Positions 1 to 12,894 of a stretch of 60,444 bases of DNA are shown here, in pieces. Origin of the DNA: Saprolegnia diclina VS20 (taxonomy: Eukaryota); assembly GCF_000281045.1 (NCBI RefSeq), contig NW_008246069.1, forward strand, positions 440,369 to 500,812, written 5' to 3'. The position numbers and the translations under genes are program-made. The notes beneath the pieces were generated by a model that did not search any database, was not told the DNA's origin, and saw only the letters and a list, made by a program, of their open reading frames with translations. Numbering within the stretch: position 1 is the first letter of the stretch; every line of letters begins with the position of its first letter.

Positions 1-242
1 TACATCATGTCGTCAGCCCATCCAACCGAAAGGAGGGATCAAAAGTGCACTGTCGAGTCAAAGCGACGAGGATATGGCGTAAATAAACACTATTTAAAGG
101 TGTGTAAAATGCCATTTCCCACGTCTGTTTCTGGGTTATCCGGAGCGGGTTGCCGTTTGAAAAGAAACGTTCATTAATCTTTTTTCCGCCTCAAGCACCC
201 GAGCTTCTTCCTGCCCTCCCGGCCCCATCGCTTCCTCACATC

Positions 243-1777
243 ATGTCGGCCTCCCGACGCAACTCCAAGGACTCTGCCCGTACGTCCATGATGCGCATGG
301 GGGTAGACGCCTCATGGAGATGATGTAGGCCAAGAAGACCCCGAGACGGCCGCGATGGCGGACGTTGCGGCCAACCCGACGGCCGGCGCGCTGTCGTTCG
401 CCGACCTGTCCTTGAACGGCGCCGCGTCAAGCGCATCTGCCGAGAAGGTTGAAGTCGTCAAGGCCCGCACCAAGAGCCGCGAGCTCTCCAAGAAGATGGG
501 CGGTGGCAAGAAGGGCCTGTGGGGCAAGCCGGAAGACCTCATTACCTCGGCGCCGATCGACCACGACGACCCCAACTACGATAGCGAAGAAGAGTCGGAC
601 AACGTCGTCTTGGTCACGTCGCCGCGTAACCCGCATGCGGCCCCGCCGCTCTCGCCCCGCACGCGCAGCCTCTCGAAAATTGCGCTTGTCGACGGCAACC
701 CGCGTGCGTTTGGCAACGCGTCCGTACCCGCGGACGTCAAGAAGGAGATTGAAGAAATCGTCTCCGAGTACTTTGTCAGTGGCGAAGTCGAAGAAGTCCA
801 GCACCGTATCAAGGAGCTTGCCAAGAAGACGAGTACGTGCTGGAATCTTGCTGGACACGGATATTGACGCATGCTTGTCTAGGCGAGCCGTACAACTATG
901 AGCTTGTCAAGCGTGCGATCACCATGTCGATGGACAAGCACGAGAAGGAGCGCGAGAGCGTGTCCCGCCTTCTCTCGGAGCTCTACCTCAACGGCTTGAG
1001 CCCGCTTGAGATCTCCCAGGGCTTCCGCCGTGTCCTCATTGTGGCCGACGATTTGGCGCTCGACATTCCGAGTGCGATCAACATGCTCTCGATCTTTGCT
1101 GCGCGTGCGGTCGTCGACGAGATCGTGCCGCCCAAGTTCCTCGAAGATGCTTTCTTGGTCAAGAACGCCGAGCCCGTCGTCGCTGAAGCCATCAAGAAGC
1201 TCAGCATCAAGCACGGTACCGTCCGCATGGAGAAGGGCTGGGGCCCTGGCGATGGCCGCCCGGTCGAAGAGCTCAAGGTATTGCATCCGCCATGCAACTA
1301 CAATCCTCTCACGACGCGGAGTAGGTTGCCATCGATCAATTGACCAAGGAGTACCTTCTGTCGCGCGACTTGGGCGAAGCCGCGGCGTGCGTTCGCGAGC
1401 TGAACGTCGAGCACTTCCACCACGAGGTAGCTATCGCTTCCTATTGCATGGTAATCATGTATCCTTGGACGCTAGGTTGTCAAGCGCGGTATCATCAACT
1501 CGTTTGATGACGGCGCGGACGCGTGCCACGCCATGAGCTCGCTCTTGGCCTTCTTGGTCAGCCAGGACGTGGTGTCGTCGATCCAGATCCTCAAGGGCTT
1601 TGAGCGCGTCAAGCTCGTACGCGCCCCATGACACGAGAACCCGTCGACTCAACATGCCATGCGTAGGCGCTGCCCGATATCAAGCTCGACGTGCCGGCCG
1701 CCGAAGGCCTCTTTACGACCATTGTCGGGCGCGCCACCTCGGACGGGATCCTCCCTTCGACCTTTGCGGCCAAGTAG
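243..1777 (+). CDS. PDCD4: Programmed cell death 4 / MA3-domain translation repressor (multi-exon)
   Basis: KKMGGGKKGLWGKP...DHDDPNYDSEE N-terminal motif; two MA3 domains (EIVSEYFVSGEVEEV...YELVKRAITMSMD; LTKEYLLSRDLGEAAACVRELNVEHFHHE); short GT-AG introns; ATG 243, TAG 1775-1777. Confidence 0.9.
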
Positions 1778-1916
1778 TCGTAGCACACCTCGTACTAGCC
1801 ATTCCTCTGTATTTCCCAATCACCAACCACCACCTCTTCTGTCAAATCCCTTGTGCCATGTACACATTGTCGTGTGGAAACGAATGAAACGCTGGTGGAG
1901 AGTGGCAGTGTAACGG

Positions 1917-4231
1917 ATGCTGCATGGAACGCCGGGCCGGGAGCGGCCCAAGGACAGCAAGTATGGGCTCTCGTGGTACAAGTACGTCCACGCAGTCGCC
2001 ACGTCGAGGCTCACGCTCGCTGTAGAAATACATTTGAGACCGAAGGGCTCTCGATCAACGACAAGGGCGAGATCACAGCGCTGCCGCCAACGCCCGACGC
2101 GGCCGATGCGACCGACGCCAGCGCCACAGTCCTCGCGCGCCACCCGCTCGTGTCGACGCCGCTGCGCCCGCGCCAGCATGCAGCTTCATGGACGCGCCGC
2201 CAGGTCCTCTTGCTCGACGTGGATACGTGCATGTTCTCATGCGTTAGCAGGAGAAGAAGCTTGAACCTCTGGGTACGCGCCCGGCGTTCAAGACGAGTGC
2301 GCCCACCAAGCTCCTGGGGTACGACACAGCCTCGAGCCAAAGTCGACCTGAGCTTCTCCGTAGACGCATGAGCTGGGACCCGGACGTGCTCGAAATCCGC
2401 GAGGCGAATCGGCGCGGCCACGAGCCGTTGCCGCCCGAGATCGCAAAGCTGCAAGCCGACAGCCTCGAGAGTCGACCGACGTCCCAGCCTGTGCGCGAAA
2501 TCCTCAAGCAGTCGGCGCTGCCGTACCAACCGCGCGCCGGATCGGTTGCCAAGTTTACAAACCTAGCGCGCCAAAGCACGTTCATCGACCGGTCCGTCGA
2601 TCGGCTCGTCGCGTCGCCGCGCGTCACGATGAACGATGACGACGCCGAGGACCTGCTCGAGGCGCTCGAGTCGCCGGCCCCGCCGACGCTCAAGTCGTCG
2701 CCGTCGTTTGGCCTCTCGCGCGTCAACCAGAAAAAGTACTTTGGCGCACCGGCGCGCCAGACGTTTTACGCCGACTACCGCGAACTCGCGGCCAAGCAGC
2801 AGCTCTACGCGATACCATTGGGCTCCAGTACGGTTGTCGACGCCATTGGTCGAGGCGAGACGACGGACGACGATGACGACGGCAGCGTCAACATTGCGTC
2901 ACCGAGAACGCACTGCTTGACGCGCAGCATCATGGCGGGGCGCCCCGCGATTCCGCTCGTGATTCGCAAAAACACCACCAACGTTTTCGACTTTTCGTAC
3001 CAGGTAATGCATGGGTGCTGTCACAAGACAATATTGTCTTGTGGACTCAATATTCGCACGAAACGCTCATTAACGCATGCCAACTCTAGTCGCTGGGCGA
3101 CGCGTACATGGAGCAGTTTGCCGAGTGCGTGGGGAGCCTTCCGTTTCTCGAAGAAATCAACGTCCGCGACAACCGGCTCAGTGACAAGGGCCTCCACCGT
3201 CTCTTGACCGCTGTCCACCAGCACCTCCGACTGCGCAAGCTCGACATTTCCGAAAATACCATTGGGGCCGACGCCGCTAAGATCTTGCGCGTCATGATTG
3301 CGTCACCGACCTGCACGCTACAGCATCTGTAGCGCCATTGCGATAGTTTAGGGCTTATATCGAGGGGTAGGGTCATGGCGAAAGCCGACATTGACGACTT
3401 TGAGTGCGCCGCCTTTATGAGCGCGTTTGAGAAGAACGCGAGCGTCGAAGAACTCGTGATGCCCCGGAATCGCATCGGCGAGGCCGAGCAGCTCAACGTC
3501 GTCAAGCCTGAGATCACCACCGGCGGCGAAGCCATTGCCTCCATGCTGTACGTTTTGTCGGTACAAACATGACACGGTTTTGTACATGGCGACGTAGGTA
3601 CGTCAACGAGAAACTCACCAAGCTCGACTTGAGCTGGAATTTACTACGACTCGAGTCGGGCGTGACGCTGGCCCACTCACTCGAGTACAACCGCAATCTG
3701 CTCGAACTGCATCTGGCGTACAATGCGTGCGGCGACGCGGGCGCCATGACGTTTGGCCACGTTCTCTCGCTCAATACGACGCTGCGGGTGCTGGACCTGA
3801 GCTACAACAACGTGGGCTGTCGCGGCGCGCTCGTACTGGCGAGTGCGGCGAGTAACACCAAGTCGCTTCGGTTGCTGCTCCTCAACGGCAACAACATTGG
3901 CAAGGAAGGCGGCCGCGCCATCATGTTTGCCATGTGCAACAACAAGAGCGACCACGGTCTCTTGTGTTTGAGATCGAGCGAAAGTGAATCTCAAATTTGT
4001 TTGTAGGCATTGACATTGAGATTGCCGGCTGCAACCTCGCGTCGACGGGCAAAGCCGAAAAGGCCATGTTTGACCCGACCAATCCCGCTGGCGAGTACAA
4101 CCTCGACCTCTCCGAGCCGTTTGACCAAATGATCGCCAACGAGCTCCTGCGACTCGCCACATACAAGAAAGGCTGCCGCTTTGAGAAACTCAAGCACCAC
4201 TCGCGCGTCGAGCGAGTGAAAAACAAAGGTC

Positions 4232-4297
<66 letters not shown>

Positions 4298-6690
4298 NNN
4301 NNNNNNNNNNNNNNNNNNNNNNNNNNNNNNNNNNNNNNNNNNNNNNNNNNNNNNNNNNNNNNNNNNNNNNNNNNNNNNNNNNNNNNNNNNNNNNNNNATG
4401 ATCACGCTTGTGCCACCGCCGATGGCGACCGTCTTTCACAGTCCCTTGGACGTCTTTTACGCTACGCTCAAGCAACAGAAGAAGACGAAAGAGCTGCGCA
4501 TCGACACGGCCGCGCTCCAAGCTGTGTTTCTCGGGCTCAACATGCGCCCGACGCTCCCCACGTTGGAGGCGATTCTGGCGGCCATGAAGCAGCTGCAGCC
4601 ATCAACGTCGGTGGCCAATTTGGACGAATTCGACTTTAGCAACATGTTCTTTTCGGCCCTGTTTTGCGTCATTGACACGGATTCGTCGGGCGGCATTGAC
4701 GCAGTCGAGCTCCAGACGGCGCTGCAGGTATAAAATTCCATACTTGTCGAATTGTTGACAGTATTGGTTTGGACAGATGCTCGATATTCACATGACGGAC
4801 CATGACGTCACCAACGTCATTGCGCAGTACGACCTCGACAACAGCGGCACGATTGAGGGCCCCGAGTTTGTTGAATTCATCAAGTCGTACGTCCGACGGC
4901 AGTCGACCATGCCGGCGAAGGACCAGGCGTTCGCTTTGCGAGACGTTGCGACCAACCAAGTGTGGCAGGTGCCGCAAGAAGGCCGGCTCGAGCTGGTCTT
5001 TGTGTACGAACGAGAGGCGACGCTCGACTCGGACGACGCCCGCCACCGTACGCTCCATTTCGCATCCGACGCGTGTCGCATCGAGGCTGCGACCCGTGGT
5101 CTGGCTACATGTCGACTGACTATGAGCGGATAGGTCTCTCGGACGGCGGCGTTGCCCAGCTTATCAAGAACATTCAGAGCCAAGCCAAGAGCTCCTCGGA
5201 GAAGCTCGATCTTCTCAACATGGCTGTGCACGACTCGGAGGTTTGTGGTTGGTCAAAAACACATGTTGTACAGTGTCTTGTCTAGATTTTGTTTACGGCG
5301 CCGCAAGCGTACGAGCTCCTCGATCAATGCGGCGGTCTCGCCAAGGACGTGCGCGTCAAAGAAATTGCAAACCTCGTGCTGCAGATGCTGACCGCGCGCG
5401 AGGCGCAGCGGCTCGTCTCAATGGCGCTCTCGTTGCGGGAGCGCGCGAAGCTCAAGCTCGAGCTCGGAAACGCGTATACTGTCATCATGGGCAACCCCAC
5501 CGCGCACTTTTCGCTCGATTTAAGCGCGCACACGGACCGGTGGGTCGCGAGGAAGCTCGTGGAAGTCGCGCAGTCGGAGAAGAAGGCGTCGATCGCGTCC
5601 CAGCGGGGCGGTATCGTGGACAAGTTGTCTTCGTTTGAACCAAAAATGTGGTGTAGACACGTCGCAGCACGCTAACTGGGAAAACTATCGCAACGAAATG
5701 CTGGACGGCCAGCGCATTGTGCTCACGACCTCGTTCTTTGACTCGCTGCCGCAAGCCGGGCGCCTCGAATTCGACTATGTATCGACGCGCCGACCACCAC
5801 CAGGTATAATTGAACATATCCATTGTCATCGGTTTAGCGTTGTGTGGTAGGCGCGCAAGCCCTGAGCGACCGGCGCTACACGCAGCTGCTCAAGGAGCTC
5901 GCACGGGACACGTACTATGTCGACATGTCGGAGCACGACAAGCACACGGCGACCACTTTGTCCCCGGCCCGCATGCGCTGGCAGAAGATTCGGGACTCGG
6001 TGCGAAGAGACCGGTTCTTCAACTTGACGACGTTTGCACAAGCGAATATTTTTCGCATCAAAAACACCAAAGAGGAAATCCGACTCAAGCTGATTCAGAT
6101 TGAGATTGTGACGAGCGACCGGTTCCTGACCGTCGCGCAAGCAAGTCGAATTGTGCTGAGCATGCCGATCGGCAACTTTGGCCGCGTCGAAGCCGCGCGC
6201 CTTCTCTTCTCGCGGCTCATGGACGCCGAGAACTTTGTCGACATTTTCGATGCGCTTTCGGTGCCCGAGCAAAAAGTGCTCGCGACGTACCTTGGGTGGC
6301 TCAACATCCTCAACCCGCTCAAACCGGACCGGTACTACGAGCTCGATTTAAGCGTCTTGGAGGACTACGCGGTCGCCAAGATCCTCGTGCATCTTGCGAT
6401 CGTCGAAGAGGTCGTTGGATTCGATGACGCATTTGTACATTGGAGACATTGATATATATGTGTAGGGCGACAACTGGGTCGATTATTCGTATGCGCCTGG
6501 CAAAAACGAACCTCCGCTTGCCAATTGGGTCTTGCCAGCGTCGTGGGATGCTGACGACACGGGCAAAGGCGAGGGTCCGCGCCGCAGCGGCATTCTCAAG
6601 CTGCGCTTTCGGTCGACGCCCGAAGACGGCTGTGAGCCCGACTGGGACGCTCGCCAAGAGATGAAGAAACGCGTGCTCTGTGGGCCTTGA
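1917..6690 (+). CDS. Large LRR (RNI/NLRC3-like) + EF-hand protein, multi-exon, spans an assembly gap
   Basis: LRRs LEEINVRDNRL, LRKLDISENTI, LTKLDLSWNLL, LRVLDLSYNNV; EF-hand loops DTDSSGGIDAVE and DLDNSGTIEGPE; ORF fragments joinable by short GT-AG introns from ATG 1917 to TGA 6688-6690. Confidence 0.75.
4231..4297. repeat. (CTAT)n microsatellite, probably intronic, abutting an N gap
   Basis: About 16 perfect tetranucleotide units following a GT donor at ~4229. Confidence 0.95.
4298..4397. other. Assembly gap (100 N)
   Basis: Run of N. Confidence 1.
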
Positions 6691-6906
6691 GCATAACATC
6701 TAATGCCATCGATTGCAGATGTTGAGCATCATTGAGTTGACCAAGCATCCGCCATTGTTGCACACATCGTCTTGCAATAATAGAAGTAGAGCATCTCAAT
6801 GCATGTTATAACCTACAGGAAGGGGTGTAAAGGTACACATAGGAACGCCTCTGCGGAGGCTAGAATCGCCGTGTCTGTGTCGCACACCGGCGAGGACGCC
6901 CCTGGG

Positions 6907-7021
6907 GCTGCCACGTCATGGTCTTTTTAGCCAATCCCGATCCGCGTTGAGCAAGAAACGGTTTCATTGGCCGAGCGTCCAGTCATAAAACATCCATTTC
7001 AAAGAAAGGCCATTTCAGCCC
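6907..7021 (+). promoter_or_regulatory. Promoter of 2OG-like paralog A: GCTGCCACGTCAT + TTTTTAGCCAATCC + CATTTCAAAGAAAG blocks
   Basis: Same blocks, same order, upstream of paralog B on the opposite strand (15484-15601), while the spacers have diverged. Confidence 0.6.
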
Positions 7022-9537
7022 ATGGTTCGTGTCAAGGGGTCGAGCAGCCCCGGTGTTGCCGCGCACGAAGCCGCGATGCGCCAGTATCGAGCGGTCAGGA
7101 CACTGGCTTACGCGAACGCGATGCCCCATGGCACGCTGCCCGAACTCAGCGTCAAGGGCGTCGACTACATCCTGCAATGGCCGCTGCCGCAAGGTCAAAT
7201 GGCCCAGCTCGTCGCGCGTTATGCTGTCAATGGCAGTATTGTCGTGCCCGCGCCGGACGTCTATATCACCAACCAAGATGCGTGGAAAGACGTTTTTGAC
7301 GCGTACGTCCTCGATGTTGTCGACAGCCGACTCGAGATGACGACAACGGACATTGCCGTGTGCTTGTCTCATGCGTGCATCGACACGAACGGCACTGCGA
7401 ACGCGCTCACTCCGAGTGCGGAAAGCCTCGAGGACGCGGAGAATCATGGCTACAACGTCTTTGGCACCCTCGTGCTCCTGCTGCCGTCGGCGTACAGCGG
7501 CGGTGCGCTCACGATCAGCTACGACGGCAAGTCGACAAGCATCGAGTTGGGGCCCATGCACTTTTAGCGACGTACCAAAATACGACGATGTCATTCGCGC
7601 CCATCACGGCTGGCTACCGCGCGGCGCTCGTGTACCACTCGGTGGGTTTGAACTTCTTTGTTGGCGACACGTCACTCATGCCCGTGCCGCGACACGCGAC
7701 CATTGCTGCTCTGGCCACGATTGCGGCGACGCCGCTACCAGTCTGCGAGCGCATTGCCCGCCCTCTTTGTTACAATATGCACGAGCTCACATTTCGATCG
7801 TTGAGTCGGACGGACGCTGATTTTGTGGCGATTCTCGTCGCTACAAAGTGCTATGACGTGGCCCTTGTCTGCTTTACGGAAGGCACCTTGCCGTACTCGA
7901 AAAAGAAGGGCTTTCTCAACACTGTGGCGGCTTGCGCGCCGCACCGTTCGTGCCAAATTCCGAATGTCGTCGTCGAGCATGTGCTAGGGAAGAGCGCCCA
8001 CGCGTTTCTCCACGACGTTCCCCAATCGCCGGACGAATGCCCGGCGGCTGCGATCCTCTTTTGGCCCAAGATGTGCCGCGTCAGCATCGTGGGCGCGCAG
8101 CTCGTGCTGCCGCTGCTCAAGAATGCGGTTGCTCGACCCAAGGCCAACAAGCTCGGCCTCGACAGCGCCGATGATCTTGTCGGCGGTACGATCGGCCTCG
8201 TTCAGAGCATGCTGTCACTCAAAAACGCCACGTTGTCCCTCAAGGACGCGGCAAAGATGGCCGAGGCTTTGGTTGGATGCAACAACGTGGCCATGGCCGA
8301 CCTCTTTATTGGTGACGTTGTCGTGGTCACCCGCTGGCTCGAGTTTGACGCAGCGGTCGTTATGATTGAGAAATGCTTGGCGAAATACGGGTGGTTGGCT
8401 CTGGAGGCAGCCATGCTGCGGCTCATCCAACGCTGGGTCAAAGACGACGTGAGCTCGACCGCTCGGCTCTTGGCGAACTTGGCGGGTGCCACGAACAACA
8501 GCAAGGTCGCCCCACTGCAGCAGCCGTTTGTTTGTGAATTCTTCAAGCGCTCTTGGCACGAGGTACTCGTGCACCAACCCACATGGCCGACCTCGACGAT
8601 CGACGAGTACATTGTCCTCATGGACGGCTACCTTCACGACATTGCGCCGTTCCACGTGAACGGCCACTGGCTGAGCCAGAAGCTGCCGCCAGCGCTCGTG
8701 TCGGTTGTCGACAGCTTCCTCTACAAGCACCGCCATGGGGTGTACACACTGCTGTCGCTGGAGATGGACACGAAATGGCGACTGCAATGTCTTCCAACCT
8801 TCCTCGTCAAGGCAGTTGCGCTGCAGCCAGCGTTGGTTCAAACACCGTATTTGGAAGTGATTGCAACCCTCGCCGACGCGCACACAAGGGGCGACTACTA
8901 TGCGACTTTGGGCTTCACTGGCGTCTACAGTCTCTTGAGCTGCATGGACCGCATCGGTCGCTGCGACGAAGCGCTCATGGACAAAGTTCGGACGCTCTGC
9001 GGCACAGACGCAGCTGACGCCTTTGCATACCTCGTCACGAAAACGCCCGTGTCGGCGGTGACGCGCGAGCGTGTGGCCGCGTATTTGGACAACAAGGCGC
9101 AGCGGTTCCTTGACGACGCAGTCAATGCGGACGCAAAGGACCATTGTATTGTGAACATCGTGGCCGAGTTGGTCAAGGCGCTCGACACCGTCGCCCCCGA
9201 GAAGGTCGCGAGCTTTTTCACGCAGTGGCTCCCAGATGAACCGACGTCGCTCACGTTCACGCGGGACCAGCTCTTTCCAGTGGTGGAGGAAATGGCCGCC
9301 ATGTACCGGGACAAACATCGCGATGTCGTGCTCCATCTCGCAACCCACTGCCGCGACGGGTTCAAGCGCGGAATGGCAGAGCATAGGACGTCGCGCGACG
9401 ACGAAGACTTCGATTATTACGATGCGAAGCTCAACCGACGGGGTGATCTGCAGTGCCTTGCGACGCTCAACGCATTGCTCGCTCGAATGACGACGACGTC
9501 GCGCAAGCGCGCCCGACGCAGCGACACGAGCGCATAA
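7022..9537 (+). CDS. Degenerate 2OG-Fe(II) oxygenase-like N-terminal domain + long helical region (paralog A); 1-nt frameshift at 7562-7565
   Basis: FGTLVLLLPSAYSGGALTISYDG...APITAGYRAALVYH double-stranded beta-helix signature; ORFs 7022-7567 and 7360-9537 join to match paralog B if one T is added (MHF-LATY versus MRFLATY). Confidence 0.75.
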
Positions 9538-10560
9538 GATCTTAGTGGCAAGCAATACATCTTGAACAGTATATCGCTACGCCAGGGCGAATCCGCAATG
9601 CACCAATGACACAATCTTTCCGTGCGAGCGGTGGGTCTCACAACCCGCTAGGCAGCCGCCATAACAATTTTACTTCGTGCGAACGACGACGCGCTTATGG
9701 CAAGAGACCGCAGTTTAGTATTCGAGCATCGCGCCTCGTTCGTCGACACCAAGTGCAAAGTCTGAGCTCGATGGTTTTGCACTGGATCCTAAAAGGCTCA
9801 TTGTACACTGTACACAGTCGCATGCAGTTGGCAAAGAAGGTTGTTACGTCGGTCTTGTGCGAATTTTCAGTCATCCCGAGTCATTCTACCATTGCTACCT
9901 TGCCGTGGGTGCGACCAAGCCCAAATAAACAGGCGCGGGTCGGCCGTGACACGGGGTAAACCTAGTATATAGACCTGTGCTCATGTCGTGCGGAGCTGGC
10001 GATTGAAAAGGGCCCAAATCATCAAGAAAAACGAGTGCAATATCTTGTCTTTTCGGGACGATCGCGAAAACGTAAATCGACATTTTGGGTCTGTTCAATT
10101 CAAGCAAATTCGATCAGCAAAATTCTTGACAACCCCGTTAATAGAGTCGCAGCCGTGTCCCACCACAGACTCGCGCGTGCATGAGATGCTCTCATGCACG
10201 CGGCTTCAAGCCGAGCCGAGCCGAGCCGAACCGTGGAGAGTCCTAATGAGAGCAATGCCACAGTTTGAAAAACAGCTGGTGTCAAGCTGGATCAATCATC
10301 CAAGGAGCTGATAGCGCTGGTCCATACGCAACCTTGCCATGCAAGTGCAATTGTATAAACAAAAAGGACACGAACGAGCTACAGTCAAATCAATATCAGC
10401 AATCTGAAAAACCAATATTTCGACTAGATGCCATCTGGCACCGGTGATGCGGTGGCAACTGGCTTCGCGCAGACGCTGGATGTGCGTGCGCGCCGAACGC
10501 GATGGTTTCGAACGCTCATTTTCCAATCGGATCGACATCCTTTGTATCAACACTTCTATC

Positions 10561-12341
10561 ATGCACGCGCCGACGCTCTTGTGCACGCTTTCACTTCTCG
10601 CGGCCATGACGGCGACTGCGCAAAACAAGATCCCGGCGTCCGGCTGGGTGAGCCCGCTCGTCATCAAGGGCTACAAGTTTTTCGAGCACACGACGGGCGC
10701 CGAGTTCCGCATCAAGGGCATGAGCTTCTTCCCGCGTGCGAACGCCGGCACCAAATTCAACGCCAACTCGATCGACTGGTTCTCGGACGACATGGAGACG
10801 ATCTGGCGCCCGCAGCTCGCGCAGCTCCAAGCGCTTGGCGTCAACACGGTCCGCATGTACGCAGTCGATCCGTCCAAGTCGCACGACAAGTTTATGTGCG
10901 AGCTCAACAAGCTCGGCATGTATGCATTTGTGGGCATGTCGGCCGTGTACGTCCACCCGCATTTCCTAGTCCCTTTTACTAAACCATCTGTTTATAGCTG
11001 CGAGGGCTGCTACATCCTGGACGAAGAAGCCCCGAAATGCTACTCGCCGGCGATGTTTACGCGCGCCCAAATGATCTACAACGCGTTTGCAGTCTACGAC
11101 AACGTGCTCGTATGTGGCCGCTTCATTGATCGTGTCGGGTATTGAATGCCATCATTGTGGTTAGGGTTTCAGCGTCGGCAATGAAAACAACTTGGCCCCA
11201 AAGATTGAAAAGTCGGCGCCGTGCGTCAAGGCGCTCATCCGCGATGTCCGTGCGTATGCTCAAAAGTGCGCGAGCTCCGTACGCCAAGTGCCGATCGGTC
11301 TCGACAACGCAGACGTTGACACGCCGTCGCACCCGCGCGCGTCCTGGCTCGGCTACTACGACTGTCTCAAGAACAACGACGAAAACACCCGGGCCGAATG
11401 GTACAGTTTGATCTTCCATACTGGCTTAGACCGAATGCTGACGCAAGATTGTCGATAGGATCGGCTTCAACCCGTACGTCGAGTGCGACCCGACGACGCA
11501 CCTCAAGTATGCCGACTCCAAGGGTCTGCAAAAGCTCGTGGGCGACTACAAGAAGGCGGGCTACTCGCGCCCGATCGTCTTTGGCGAGTTTGGCTGCATC
11601 GCTATCACCAACACGATCAACAACATTGAGCAGCAGCGCACCTTCTTGGAGGTAAAGTTTTCATCTCAAATTTCGACTCGACATCAAAGGACCCGATAGG
11701 CAAAATGGATGAACGAAGAAGCTGAGATGACAGAGTACGTCTCGGGCGGCAACGCGTTCGAGTACAGCGTCGAGAAGGCCAACCTCATCGACAAGGCGGG
11801 TATGTCAATCCTATTCGTTTTGCTAAAACAACTCATGTCTCATCACAGCGACGCCGCCGTATGCCAAGAAGGACGCGGGGCGGTACGGTGTCGGGTACTT
11901 TACGCCCGACAACTGCGACCACGACACGATCCCGTGCGTCTACAACAAGTATCCCGAGTTTGACAACCTCGCCTTGGCCTACAACTCTACCAAGGCATCG
12001 ACCGTCACCAAGGACGCGTTCACGCCGGCGCGGACGACGGTGATGACGTGCCCCGTCGACTTTCCGACGGTCGACTTGCCCCCGACGCCGTCGGGTACGT
12101 TATCGTCTTGTTTGCTACGACTGAGTTCTGAGTCTCCCATTTTTGTCTAGTGCCGATCCTGCAGTGCACGACCGCACAGCCCACGTGCAACAATGGTGCG
12201 TCCAACACGTTTAAGAACATTGGCGGCAACGGCAACGGCGGTGCGTCGGGCGGCAATGGCGCGAGCGCGGCACCATCGCTGCCCACAACGTCGACGCTGG
12301 CGCTTGGCCTCGGCGTCACGATCGCGCTTGCGCAGCTCTAA
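10561..12341 (+). CDS. GH72 1,3-beta-glucanosyltransferase (Gas/Gel-like), secreted, probably GPI-anchored; multi-exon
   Basis: Signal peptide; IKGYKFF...FRIKG, LGVNTVRMYAVDPSKSHDKFM, FSVGNE and FGEFGC catalytic Glu motifs, SGGNAFEYS; hydrophobic C-terminus. Confidence 0.9.
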
Positions 12342-12894
12342 GACTCCTGCATACCTTTGCTTAAACCTTCGCTTACTCAAGCGATAAAGTGTCCTCATGT
12401 ATAACGGTTTGAATACATTTAATGTCCACGCTGCTATGTTCGTTTCGACGCCAAAGGATATGGTACACAACCTCGGATCCGTTTGAGCTGCCACGTCATC
12501 CATTCGAGCACTGTACACCAGGGACAAAACGCGCAGCTCGGTCGTCAATTGTTGAAGCCGTCGGCCCCGTACACAACACGGCTCTTTAGTTTTGTAGAAT
12601 TTGTCACTTTCGTAAGTACACTGTATTTAGAGAAAAGTGGCACCCATGCTATCGACTGTGTTGTACATATACATGTACATGTATGTACGGGCAATGTGGT
12701 CAAAATGACCGAAGTGGCCCGTTTCGCTATCGTAAAAGGGTCGAAACAGCAGCGCGCGCTTCCTAAAATGGTACTTTGGTGCCCAAATTTATGCATAGCG
12801 TTGTAGCGGCCCAGTTGGAGGCACCACTGGACAAACGTCGAGTCGTATGTGAACTAAATTTGCATGTTAATTATACACGTCGTCGATGAATTGG

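Noticed and set aside
3997..4401. SIYL repeats in the ORF track
   Set aside because: Translation of an intronic (CTAT)n microsatellite plus Ns
8215..9555. 446-aa minus-strand ORF (similarly 26399-27628, 30436-32034, 56127-57386)
   Set aside because: Shadow ORFs opposite well-supported genes, expected from the codon bias
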